DNA of 64,000 bases, taken from contig OY740803.1 in NCBI GenBank assembly GCA_963514005.1, positions 31,310,001-31,374,000 on the forward strand, read 5' to 3'. Positions 49,691 through 61,500 of this stretch are shown piece by piece. The stretch is from Raja brachyura. Taxonomy: Eukaryota. The notes beneath the pieces are model-generated. The model ran no database searches. It was not told where the DNA came from and was given only the letters and a program-made list of their open reading frames with translations. The translations under genes and the position numbers were made by a program. Every line of letters begins with the position of its first letter. Position 1 is the first letter of the stretch.

Positions 49691-50239
49691 GTCTTTTTGT
49701 TGCAACTCTCTTTTCCATTGAGCTCCATGTTAATATTAAATCAGTGTCATAAATTCAAATGATGCATTGCTGACACCCCAACCTAGCAATGGCACCTCAA
49801 TAAAGGCTTTGCAGTGAGAAAGCTCCCACAGAGCTTGAAAGAAATGAATTAACAGGAAATCATTAAAGGAATTGGCATGCAGTGCGCTTTCAGTCACAGA
49901 TATTAACAATTTACTCCTGGTGTGTAAGTCTATATTTGAAGCCCTGGTGTTGCCAGCTTGAGCTCAGTGGGTGGCATTGACTCAGATTGTTACATCAAAC
50001 CCTTTCCTGGACCTGGGCACATCACCAGGATGCCAGCTCGGCCCATTATCAAAGGAGCGCAGTACCACAAAAGTCGTGTACCTCCTGCTTATTCTCATGT
50101 AAGTTGAAGCACAAGTAGGGGGTCCTAATAAATGCTCTCCCCTCATGTAATGCAACACAGTTTAATAGCTTATTCCACATTTCAGTTTCCTGAATCACAG
50201 CAGCCCTCAGCAGCGTCTGGCTTCCCATTTCTCACTCAT

Positions 50240-50460
50240 TGAAAAGAGAGTGGTGGATATATGGAACGAGCTGCCAGAGGAGATAGTTGAGGCAGATAGT
50301 ATAATAGCATTTAAAAGACACTTGGACGCACATGGAGTGAAAAGGTTGAGAGGGATGTGGGCCAAACTCAGGCAAATGGAACTAGCTTAGATGGGACATC
50401 TTGGTTGGCATTGGGTGAGTTGTGACAAAGGCCTGTTTCAGTGCTGTACAACTCAATGAT
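50240..50460 (+). mobile_element. CR1 3' fragment
   Basis: AGAGAGTGGTGG.TATATGGAACGAGCTGCCAGAGG...GGCCTGTTTCAGTGCTGTA. Confidence 0.8.
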
Positions 50461-50924
50461 TGTAAGCCATTCGGTCCATTATTTCACTGTCAGCATTTGA
50501 AAGCACGATCTAATTCGTCCCAGGTCCCTGCTGTTTCCTTACAAATCTGCGCATTTTTCCTCAGCTGAATACGTAACTCATTGCCTTTTGAAATTCCCGA
50601 CTGAATCTGCTCCATTGTCCTTTCAGATAATGCACTCTAAATCATTGCAGCTTGCAGTGTAAAAGATTCTTTTCATCTCTCTTTTTGTGCACAGATGCTG
50701 ATGTCAAGCATTCCCTCATTCACTGTCAGTGCACACAGAAACAGTGAGATCTTTCTAAGAGACATAATCAAAAGTTATATGCATTGCCTTTATACATTTG
50801 CTTATGTTAAGCCACCTACAGTATATATTCATCCACTATTTAAAGCTATGGCAGCATGCACAAAGCTGACATTTTACTTGATAACAAAAGATTTTGCCTT
50901 TTGCCTATTTTCTTTCTCCCACTG

Positions 50925-51310
50925 GAGATGATTTGAATCAGGGTGAATTTTTTCAGATTTACACCAGGTTTCAGGTCTTCCTGTGTGGGCCAAGTCAATG
51001 AGACCGGGCTGGGACAAGGTTACTGATGGTGGCCTGCACCCTGACACCTTAGTAGGTAGGTAAGTATGGTTGCTATTGCCACGTGTATCGATGTACAGTG
51101 ATTTGCTTGCTATCCATTAAAATCAACGTTTTTCACTGTATCTCAGTATATGTGACAGTAATAAACTTACCAACATACCTACCAAGGTGTCTGAGTGTAG
51201 GACAACATCAGTAATGTTACCCCAGGCAAGTCTCATTGCCTTGGTTCACACATGGAAACCTCCAACTTGAGTGAAAGACTGAGAAACTGTACCCTGATTC
51301 AAATCGTCTC
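50925..51310. repeat. Long imperfect palindrome (~386 bp)
   Basis: Arms align throughout: GAGATGATTTGAATCAGGGT/ACCCTGATTCAAATCGTCTC, CAATGAGAC/GTCTCATTG, TTACTGATG/CATCAGTAA, GACACCTT.GTAGGTA/TACCTAC.AAGGTGTC. Confidence 0.9.
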
Positions 51311-52194
51311 AGCTTGGGGCAAATATGAGGTGACCAGATGGCGGTTTGGTGGAAAAAGTTGTTGCCCCCACACCTTGCTTAGGCCTCAGTACTGAGTACT
51401 CAGCTCCCCAACCATCAGCCCCCTTCCCCGGCAAATGGCAAGGTTAAAGGACCTGTGGGCATGGGATCACTTGGATGGAATTATGAATGTTACGGCCTTC
51501 ATCCTTCCGATGGCTGCAGTGCATCCAGTCACTTCATCAAACCAGATTGTATCAACTTGGCAATTTGCACCTGTGTCCTCCGATACCATGCCTTTGAGGG
51601 ATTTCCGCAAAATCAATTCGCTCGGCTGTATTACACGGGAGCCACCCTCCGAGCTGGCCAGCTGCAAGTTAGCCGCTGACCTGAGGCTGTGGACTTTTCA
51701 CATGGTGTCAGCCCGGCTTCAATCGCACGCCTGTGCTTCCCTCTCATACTCCAGGAAAGGGGAAATAAAGAGAATCTGTGGAAGATTAGGGTCAGAGGGC
51801 ATGTGGGTAAGAGGTCATAAAAGACAGAAAGACTTGCATTTATGTATCGCATCTCTCATGACCTCTGGCTGTGTCCATGGCCTTATAGATGATTAAATAA
51901 TTTTGAAGCCACATGTGGAAAACAAAATACAAAAGGAGTGTTTCGCAATTAACAGAGCCAGTGTTACATGTTAGGCATTATTGCAAAAACTGTAAATGAT
52001 TCCTCACCCCATCGATTAATTCAGTAATAATGCAGAGTAGAGACTGGTCAAAGAGCTCAGTGATGTTGCTGGACCCTTTCTCCAGGAAGCTTTCCCAATA
52101 CACATGGACAACAAAAAAACAGGTGGACGACTTACTTACTCACCTCTCTGCTTTTGGTGATTTTTCTTTCTATATTTAACGTGTCATATAGTGC

Positions 52195-52640
52195 CATAGA
52201 GTCAAAGAGTCACATAACACAGTACCTGGCCCTTTGGCCCACCATGTCCATACCCACCGTTTTTACCAATCTACATTTAATCCTATTTTCCCACATTAAG
52301 GCTGTAGTCTTTTGTGCCTCGCCTATTTAAATGTCTGCCTAAATGCTTCCTAAACATAGTATTTGTACCTGATTCCACCTCATCCTCTGGCAGCACATCT
52401 CAGTTATCAACCATACTTTGTGCAAAAATAACTTACTCTTAACATCCCCTTTAAAACCACATTCTCTCACTTAAAACCTATGCCTTTTTGATGTTGATAC
52501 CTTTATCAATAGGATAAAGATATTGACTTTCCATTCTATCTATGCCTTTCCTAATCTTATGCGATTCTTTCATGTCACCCCCTAGTTTCCTTTGCTGTTC
52601 AGAAAACAAGCGCAGCCTATCCAATCTCTCCCCAAAACTA
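52195..52640 (-). mobile_element. CR1 3' fragment
   Basis: ORF 52478-52690 FGERLDRLRLFS..RKLGGDMKESHKIRKGIDR. Confidence 0.75.
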
Positions 52641-53514
52641 AACCCGTTCACACACAAAGAGTAATCCTCAATGATTTTTGGAAAATACAAGATAATAGAG
52701 AGAGCATAACGGAAAATAGTATTTCCATAATTATTTCACTGCATTTTGTTTCAGAGATATTAGTAGTGTCTGGCATCCAACAGCATTTTTGAGGAGAATG
52801 CTGGCATGGATTGCTAAAATATCGAAATTTTGAAGGCAGCTAAAATGTAGAATCGTAACATATTGTTCATATTGAGAAGACTTGAAGACCTAGCCCTACT
52901 TGTACTTATATTCTTATTCCAGTGACAATTCATCCACACAAGCTTTTAACTTGTTGAGTTTTAAGCTGAAATAAGAGTTGAAATAAGATATTCATACATC
53001 TTGGGAAATGAATACACATGATCTATTCCAACAAAGAAACAAGAGATTTCTCCTGACTGCCTGACTACCTCTCAACCAGCACATAAAACAAATTATCTGA
53101 TTAAATGTTTCATGCCTGTTTATGGGAGCAGGATTCGTATCCATTAAAAACAATGACCAAAGTAAAAAAATAATCCGTTAGTTGTAACAAATACTGTATT
53201 GGCTGAGAAAGAATTTGCATTGGCCATAAAAATGTATACCATTAGTTGTAAAACGTGCACTCTCGGTAGTAAAAGAATAAGTTAAAGTAGTAAAAGTAAA
53301 AGAATGTTTAAAAAATTCCACTGAATGTAAGAAAGATATTCCGTTGGTCGTAAAAATGCGCCCTTTTATTTTCAAGCACTTTTGAACCATCCTTGGTTTT
53401 GGAGCATTGCTACATAAAGACTCATTCTTTCCTTAAGCATTTCACCCTAAATTTGCTTTGCATTTGAGGAAATGAAAGAGAGCATGTCAGATGTCTGACA
53501 GCGCAGAAAATATA

Positions 53515-53800
53515 AAACATAGAACATAGAAAAGTACAGCACAGGAACTGGCCCCTTGGCCAACAATGTCTGCGCCGAACATGATGCCAAGCTAAACTAA
53601 GTTCACCTGCCTGCACACATCTATGACTCTCCATTCCCTGGACATCATGTACCATTTAAAAGCCTCATAGATGCCACTATATTGTATCTGCCTTTGCCAC
53701 TCTTCCAATGGCTGTGGGTTCCAGGCAGTGTGTACCAGGCAACCGACTTGGCACATCTCCTTTAAATGTTGCCCCTTTCACCTTAAAGGTTTGCCCTCTA
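53515..53800 (-). mobile_element. CR1 3' fragment
   Basis: AACATAGAACATAGAAAAGTACAGCACAGGAAC.GGCCCCTTGGCC tail. Confidence 0.75.
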
Positions 53801-54530
53801 TCACATTCTACCTCAATCTCCCTACAGAGGTTTTCCAAACAATCTTGGAGTCAGCTAAATATTCTTGCTTTATTTTGAAATATTTTTTGACCTTGATATG
53901 TTCCAGCGCTGTGGATCTTAATTCTGCGTTTGGTATTCATTTTTAATTTTATTTTAATAATAGCTTATTTTACAGGCGGAATCCTCGGCCAATTTTCCTG
54001 AACCCATATGCTGTTTTATTGTGGATAAATCTATCCATAATGTTACATTCACACCACTTGGGAGATGCCATTAAGGGTAGATGGCATTACTGGGATCTGT
54101 TTGCACTGTGCAGCTGTGCTGTGCAGCTTTTTTTTGGCTGTGGACTGGAGGATAAGTGTCTGTCTGAGGTTGGTGCCAGGACGATGCACAGAGTTAATTA
54201 CACGGCACAGCTGTGGAGAGCAAGCTGGCACATAGGACTGCCAAGCAACAGAGCAACGGCATCCGCCTGATGGCAAAACAAACTCCTGCGCTGCTAACTG
54301 GAATGTGTCTGAGTTTTCAGCTTCCACACCTCACGCCATGCCTGCAGACCTTCTCTACCACTTAGCAGGTAAAACGGCCAAGGCTAGGAGATGTGGGGCA
54401 TCGCCACTGGAGGACCATCACACAACTGACCTGGAGATCCAACTGGCATGTCCCTGTCCGCAATGTCTCCACCCCATTGTACATGGGACCACTGAAAAAT
54501 AAGGAACATTTCCTTCCAACCGTCCTTTTA

Positions 54531-54835
54531 GGGCGGCTTAGTGGTGCGGCAGTAGAGTTGCTGCCTTACTGTGCCAGAGACCCAGGTTCGATCCCGACTA
54601 TGGGTGCTATCTGTACAGAGTTTGTACTTTCTCCCCATGACCTGTGTGGGTTTTCTTCAGGAGCTCCGGTTTCCTCCCACACTCCAAAGACGTACAGGTT
54701 TTTAGGCTAATTGGCTTTGGTTAAATTGTCCCTAGTGTGTGCAGGATAGTGTTCATGTGCGGGGATTGCTGGTTGCCGCGGACCTGGTGGGGCATAGGGC
54801 CTGTTTCCACTTTGTATCTCCAAACTAAACTGAGC
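54531..54835 (+). mobile_element. HE1-like V-SINE
   Basis: B box GGTTCGATCC, V-domain, AAACTAAACT tail. Confidence 0.9.
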
Positions 54836-55300
54836 TAAATCCTTTTGCCTTTAGATCCCTGTGTTGATCTCTGCTTTGCCAATTGCCCAGTCTATTAGTG
54901 AGTCATAGACATTCCCATTTGACTCCCCCACCAATGTGATTTGATTTCATCCAGGGATGGCCCTGTCCAGATATCCAGTTCAGTGGTGCATCTACCCTCC
55001 AATGCTACTGCAGACCCTCCCACAATCCCACAGCCTTATCTGCTAAACAGCAGAGAGGGGTCTGTGTGCATCAGACCACGTGGAGCTCACTCAAAGCTGA
55101 AAATGCAGAAGTGTTTCCAGTAGATCTACAAGATTTTTGGTTTGGACAGAGGCAGCGCAGTAGTTGGAGGAGATTGAATTCAAAGGGTTCTGTCTGTTTA
55201 CCATGTTGTCACGGGATTGCCAACTTGGCCTGCAGAGAGTGTTCGCTATAATTTTCTCATCACTTCCAACTCTTTCTCAATTTGGTCACAAAAGCACAGT

Positions 55301-55617
55301 GGCGGCACGGTGGCGCAGCGGTAGAGTTGCTGCCTTACTGTGCTTGCAGCGCCGGAGACCCGGGTTCAATCCTGACTACAGGTGCTGTCTGCACAGAGTT
55401 TGTACGTTCTCCCCGTGACCTCGTGGGTTTTCTCCGAGATATTCGGTTTCCTCCCACACCCCAAAGACGTAAAAGTGTGTAGGTTTATTGGCTTGGTATA
55501 AGTGTAAATTGTAACTAGTGTGTGTAGGATAGTGTTAATGCGTGAGTATCACTGGTCAGCATGGACTCGGTGGACCAAAGGGCCTGTTTCCACGCTGTTA
55601 TTCTAAATTAAACTAAA
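55301..55617 (+). mobile_element. HE1-like V-SINE, full length
   Basis: GGCGGCACGGTGGCGCAGCGG, GGTTCAATCC, V-domain, tail. Confidence 0.92.
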
Positions 55618-56869
55618 GCAGTAATAAAGCACAGGCATTTTCTATGATGTGGTTGTGAATTTTCAGGGATCTGTGCAGTAGTGTCCCTGGGATTAATTTT
55701 AGGAGCATCCAAGCCAAGCATGGATCATTTATGACCAGTCTAGGATGGATCACTTCAGAGAAAAGCATCGATGGAACCAGTGTGTAATATTGATCAGAAG
55801 TTTGGAGACAAGACTGACAAATACCAAGGGGAAATGCAATAAACATTGCATTGCTTTTTTGTGCTTTAATTTTTGAGAATACGATGTACTTTTTATCTTT
55901 TAACCCAACCCGCTTACAAATGCACAATAATTTTTTTTCAGTACCAATTCCCAAATTGTCAGCAAGGGGATGCAGATAGATCGCAATAATAATGCAAATG
56001 AAACAATTTCAGAAGTCGGCAAAGGTGTAACCAGGACATCAGTCTGCAGCAGATTGAATCTAAAATGAATGTTTTACTTAAGGAGTAATTCATTCCTAGT
56101 GCCAGGTCATCAAGCGGCGCAGAGGGATGGGTCTTTTGTTGCTACGTTTTGAAACACATTTCATTTTGAAGGCTAGAAAATTAAATCCTTGAGGGGCGTT
56201 GAGTGCTAATAAAGAAAACCTGAAGCACGAAGGATAAAGATGTCATTATGTGCGGCCTGTCTAATGAAGTGAAAAATAAACTGCAACTGGGATGTTGGTG
56301 GAGGATGGTCGCTAATCACTCGATCAGTCACACCTGTGTCTGACCCATTAATTGTTGAGTGGAAAGTATGGATGATCAGAAGGTTCAACGTCAACGATTT
56401 ATCCCACCTTTGTGAAGCTGTCAGTTCAAAGATTCCCTTTAGCGCATCCAGCTGCCACCCCTTATTCAGTCATGTTATTCAATGGAAAGATGGATTGTAC
56501 AAGTATCTCATCAGCTGCAGTTGTGCACTCAGGGGCAGCGATATGAACCAAATTCTGGAGCAGGCAGCAACCTCTCTGCTCTTCTCAACAGAAATGCCAC
56601 TTCTAAACTTAGAACTTGGGTACATTGAACTTTTGAACATCCAGACCTCTTTTATTTTTAACGTGGATTACCGAAAGGAATGTTTAAAGGATGAGCAAAG
56701 CTCTATCTACTCTGATTAAACTGTAATTAAGTCAATTGTGAAGCAGTGTTTTAATCGTGGCATGTTTAAGTTGGTGGAATAGTTTAGCGTGGCAAGTTTT
56801 AATAGTCTGTGTGATTTCAGCTGGTTAAATGATAGGAGTCACAAAGTGATCAAGTTAAGCAGCACGGAA

Positions 56870-57310
56870 ACAGGGATGCAGAAAAAATTCACAAGGATGT
56901 TGCTGGCACAGATGGACTTGTGTTAAAAGGAGAGACAGGAGAGACTGGGACTGCTTTTCCTGGCGTGAAGGAGTCTGAGGGATGAGCTTATGGAGGGTTT
57001 TAAAATCATGAGAGAGGCATAGAAACGTGCGTCACAGGGAAGGGGAGTCTAAAACTAGAGGGTATTTGGTTTAAGGTGAGAGGGGAAAGATATAAAGAGA
57101 GCCTGAGGAGGCAACTTTCTCCACACAGGTGGTGTGTATATGGGATGAGCTGCCAGGTGAAGTGGTAGAGGCAGGTACAGCTGCAACATTAAAAAGATAT
57201 TTGGATAGATACATGGACAGGAAAGGCTTAGAGAGATACGAGCCAAATGTAGACAAATGGAACTAGCTCAGAAGGCAGCTTGGTTGGCATGGATCTGCTG
57301 TATGACTCTA
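56870..57310 (+). mobile_element. CR1 3' fragment
   Basis: TTCACAAGGATGTTG...TAAAATCATGAG...TTTAAGGTGAGAGGGGAAAGAT...GAGCTGCCAG...TATGACTCTA. Confidence 0.8.
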
Positions 57311-57344
57311 AGTAGATTTGACACAAGCATGCCTTGTACCTTGA

Positions 57345-57825
57345 TCAACACACAGAGTGCTGGAGGAATCAGCAGGTTAGGCAGCACCAGTGGAGGGAAT
57401 GGGCAGACATTTCAGGATGGGACCCTTCTTCAGACTGATAGGAGTAGGGGGGAGAAAGCTGGAAAGGGGAAGGGGGGGGGGGGGGGGCACATGGCCTGGC
57501 AAGCAATAGGTGAAAACAGGTGGTAGTGGGTAAATAGCAGATGGTGGAATAAGTGTCAAAGAAGACAAAAGGGCGTCAGATAAAGAGAGAAGAGGAGGAA
57601 TGAAATGTAAAGCTGGAGGGAGGGATATTGGTGGAAAGACACAGGGGAAGGGAGATGGGGGGGGGATAAAAGGGAAATAGGGGACAGGTATGGGAGATGA
57701 GTGTACAATGGAGGCAAAAGGATTATGGTGATAGTCAGGGGGATGGGAGAGAGAGTGGGAGAAATGGATGAACACCAGTTGGGAGGGGGGGCAGTGGGCA
57801 TTACTTGAAATTGGAGAATTCATAG
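57345..57825 (-). mobile_element. Penelope-like element 3' fragment
   Basis: Terminal block GACCCTTCTTCAGACTGA, purine-rich UTR on the plus strand, TTACTTGAAATTGGAGAA (..SNFK* on the minus strand). Confidence 0.75.
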
Positions 57826-58714
57826 ATTTGGGTTGCCAGATGCCTTCTTCACTACTTTATCAACCTGTGTTGCCACCTTCAGTGAACCACGAGGTCTCTC
57901 TGCTCTACAACATTCCTCAGGGCCCTGTTATTCCCCACTGTGTAACTTGATTTAGCTTCCCAGATCCAACACTCTGCACATGTGTGAATTAATTTCTACC
58001 TGCCATCCCTTTGACCACTTTCCCAGTTGATCTCAATCCTGTTGCAACATTAGACAGCCTTCTTCACTGTCTCTCTGGACACCTGGCAGGCAGACAAACC
58101 TAGGCTATTGTCGAACTGCACCTGCACTTTGGAACTTGCCTTTGGATTGTACAAAGGGAGACTGCAACCCTCCAAGCCCAGCATGTGCCAACCACCATAG
58201 GACATTGGTACCATTGGCAACACCCAGTAGGCAAGCAACATTAATTTATCAACGACTTCAGCAAAGCTGAGCCACAAGAGAGAATTATACATAATTATAC
58301 ATAAATGGGAATATTTTGCGAGTTTGTGTTGGGTATCTGTTCCCTGCATTAATCAGTCAGTTCAGTCTAATATTCTGCAGTTCCACACCGTTCTAATTCT
58401 TATGCTCTCTACGGTAAATCTTCAATACTTAATCTAACACTTATTTCTGCTTGTTCTCATTCTTGACAAAGTACAAGTTAAACAGTTATATCCTTCAACA
58501 AAATTTCAATATAATCCATATTTCAATATAATTTGTTTAAGGTATTGTCAAATGTTCTGTGAAGGAAACAAATGGATACTTTAATTCCTTCGTAGTGCAG
58601 TGAAAACTGAGGATAGTATAGATGCGGGAGATGCACTCGATAAAGATGTTTGCAGAATCTTTCAACAGGGGATGTTTTAATGCTCCCGGACACAAAGTCC
58701 TCTTCTGCAGCATC

Positions 58715-59060
58715 TTCAATGGTTCAATGATGCTCTATTGTCACATGTGTGAAACACAATTAAATTATTTTCTTGCAAGCAATCCAGCAGAGTGTCACCA
58801 TACTACACCCGATTAGCAGTTGTACAGAAATAGTCTATTGAGCCTGCATGCAAGAGTTGCCATGTTTGGCACCATTTTACAAGTCCAGTCCACACTCCAG
58901 TTTAGAGCGGTGCCCAATTCAGGCAAACCCCAGGCTGCTGCGGGGCCTCCAGCACTCGCCTTCCTCGGTCGACCAACAACCAAAGTCCTCTCCTTGCCGT
59001 CCACATTTGTTCCACGGGAAAGCTTCCCGCAGCGGACCTCGAGGGTACTGAAGGCCAGAC
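58715..59060 (-). mobile_element. Non-autonomous retroelement fragment with Rex1-like tail
   Basis: TCAATGGTTCAAT..TATTGTCACATGTG tail followed by a GC-rich body; boundaries approximate. Confidence 0.45.
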
Positions 59061-61184
59061 CCCAGTTCCCTCTGTTCCTCCTACTGGCCTGTCTCCAGCC
59101 ATGTCCATCATTGTCACAGGCTCCATCCTCCAACTGGTCTTTAGGGAACGAGCAGCAGCAGCTCAGCGGGGCTCCCCCCTTCCAGGTACTGTGGTGGCCT
59201 GGTCCTCCAAGCATGGACCTCCTTGGCAGCTACCTCGTGCAGGCTGCAGTCCATGCTCCTCACTCTGTGCCGGGTCTTCCTTTCGGCCACACAGGCTCTT
59301 ACAGTCGACCACACTCCATGTCGACTGCCCAGTGGGTGCTTTCAGCCACTGTGTCTTTACACCGCTAAGGTGCATCTGAGTGTTTGGAAGCTACCTGTCC
59401 TCTCCTTCCCAACTGACCTGCCCAACAATTGCATATGTGAAAAGAAAAGTATTAAACTTTCTCATATGCTCCAGCAACACAGAATAGATGGGCAATGCCA
59501 CTTTTCTATTTATACATCCTTGCTGTGTAGAAATAGGATGCCATTACTTCCATGTTACTTTAGGGACAATGCACGAGACAACTCGGTTAGCTGTAAGGTT
59601 AGAGTTGAAATTTAGTTGTGTTTGCTTATTAACTTTTTAAGAAGGATACTAAAGTTTATTTGTAGAAATGTTTAAATGATTTCATTGTATTTGATTATTC
59701 AATTCTTTGTTAATAGTTTATGAATGCTTCCTGATGTCAAAGACATGTTTAAAAAAAAAACCTGTTGGATGTTGGGGCTTCATTGGCAGTTAATGACTTC
59801 CAGTGGAGCTCCAGGGGTGAGGCTTGGTGTGGCCCATGCACATCGCCCTGTTATGTTGCATCAGGACTCATCACTCTCATAGCCCTGGTTCTCATCACCA
59901 AGACCATCTGGGGCAGCAGCATCAGCCTGACAACGTTACATCTGGGAGAATCCAATGATTAGTTTAGTCTGGGAATATCGGGGCCCCTGACACAATCTGC
60001 AATTAAGGTGACCACATATGGGTCATGGATATGTAAGAAAAGAATTTCACTGTGCTTTTGCACTTTGCACATGTGACAAACATCAGGTGCGGTGATCGAG
60101 ACTTTCTATGTGAGCCTAATGAACAGAACGTCAGATAGAAGCAAGAACAGGAGGGTCCTAAGGAGGATGAGAGTGCTGCTTTATTCCAGACCAGCCTCTT
60201 CTACAAGACTGCGGAAAGCAGATTAGATAGCAGTGTTGCCCTTACCCGTCTTGAAATGAAAAGAGAGCACCTTCAGTCCATTTGTCTTCCTCATGTATGT
60301 CATCAGCCCAACATGATTAATGTTGCCCGAGCCCGACATCTGGCTCCTGGACTATTATTAATGTGGGTGTTTGTGATAATGATGCTTAGAGCCTTGTCTT
60401 GTGTCAGTGAAAGATGGCAACGATGTTTCCCGAACCACACTGAATGTCCACAGTGGCCGGCAATTGGCAACTGGTTTACATCTTGTTTTGCAGGATGCAA
60501 AACATGTCTTTCCTGTACTTCTTGCTGTAAATTGGATATAGAGAGTTGGCCACCCAGTGTTGGAAGGAGCTGAGCACTATGTATTGGACAAGGCCTCTAC
60601 TTGTGATTGATGATGTGAAGCTGGCTATTATAATATTTCAAAAATTATTTACAAATACCAAGCAGTCTTCTGATGTCCATGTTTGAAGCTCTATTTTGTC
60701 ATGACACATTGTGTCACCCTATAAAAGGAAGGGGATTTGTGTTTTCACTTGTATATTAACATATGGGAAAGATGCTGAGAGAAATGCTGTTCCTGACTGA
60801 TCCAGCCTTGAGTTTATCGGCCAGAAATAACTTCAATTCACGTGATGCCTTTTATTGCATCATAGTCAAAAGGTGCTTTGAGTTTGTGTAGTTCCTGCTG
60901 ATACGTTTGAAGCTTCACATTTCACTCAGACAGAAGTAAGGTTGGCCATCAAAACAATTCGGAGTAGCAAAGAGTTGGGGGGTGGGGCTGGGTGTTGGGA
61001 AACAAGGGTTACCACTTGTGTACCCTTGTTTCACAACAACAGCCTAGGAACACTGGAACCTGACTACAGAAAGCTGCAGGTAGCATGTGGTGTCCCTAAA
61101 GATTCTTGTGGAACAGCCTTGTCACCAATGGGCTTTGCCATTGCCTCCTGTGATGAGGTCCAGGCTCTCTCTCAGCTGCCAGTC

Positions 61185-61500
61185 ATAGTTCACAAGTTAT
61201 AGGAGTAGAATTAGGCCATTCGGCCCATCGAGTTTACTCCACCATTCAATCATGGCTGATCTCTGCCTCCCATCTAATTTTCCTGTCTTCTCCCCATAAC
61301 CCTTGACACCCGTTCTCGTCAAGACTTTGTCTATCTCTGCCTTAAAAATACCCTCTGACTTGACCTCTGTGGCAATGTTCTGCAGATTAACTACCCTCTG
61401 ACTAAAGAAGTTCCTCCTCACCTCCTTTCCAAAAGAGCGCCATTTAATTCTGAAGCTATGCCTTTCCACGTCCACTCTATCTAAGCCTTTCATTATTCTG
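61185..61500 (-). mobile_element. CR1 3' fragment
   Basis: ORF 61197-61493 MKGLDRVDVER..FGKEVRRNFFSQRVVNL..FKAEIDK. Confidence 0.88.

Noticed and set aside
50695-50743. Possible exon after TCTCTCTTTTTGTGCACAG
   Set aside because: The pyrimidine tract appears to belong to an antisense CR1 relic and the donor site is weak.
51435-51896. 153-aa ORF
   Set aside because: No domain similarity, and its 3' end runs into an L2/SINE-type tail.
55291-55634. AAAGCACAG on both sides of a SINE as a TSD
   Set aside because: The downstream copy is offset from the tail end by several bases and the motif resembles the SINE head, so it may be chance.
58813-59379. Overlapping 130-180 aa ORFs on both strands
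   Set aside because: GC-rich repeat-derived sequence with no recognisable domain or splice structure.
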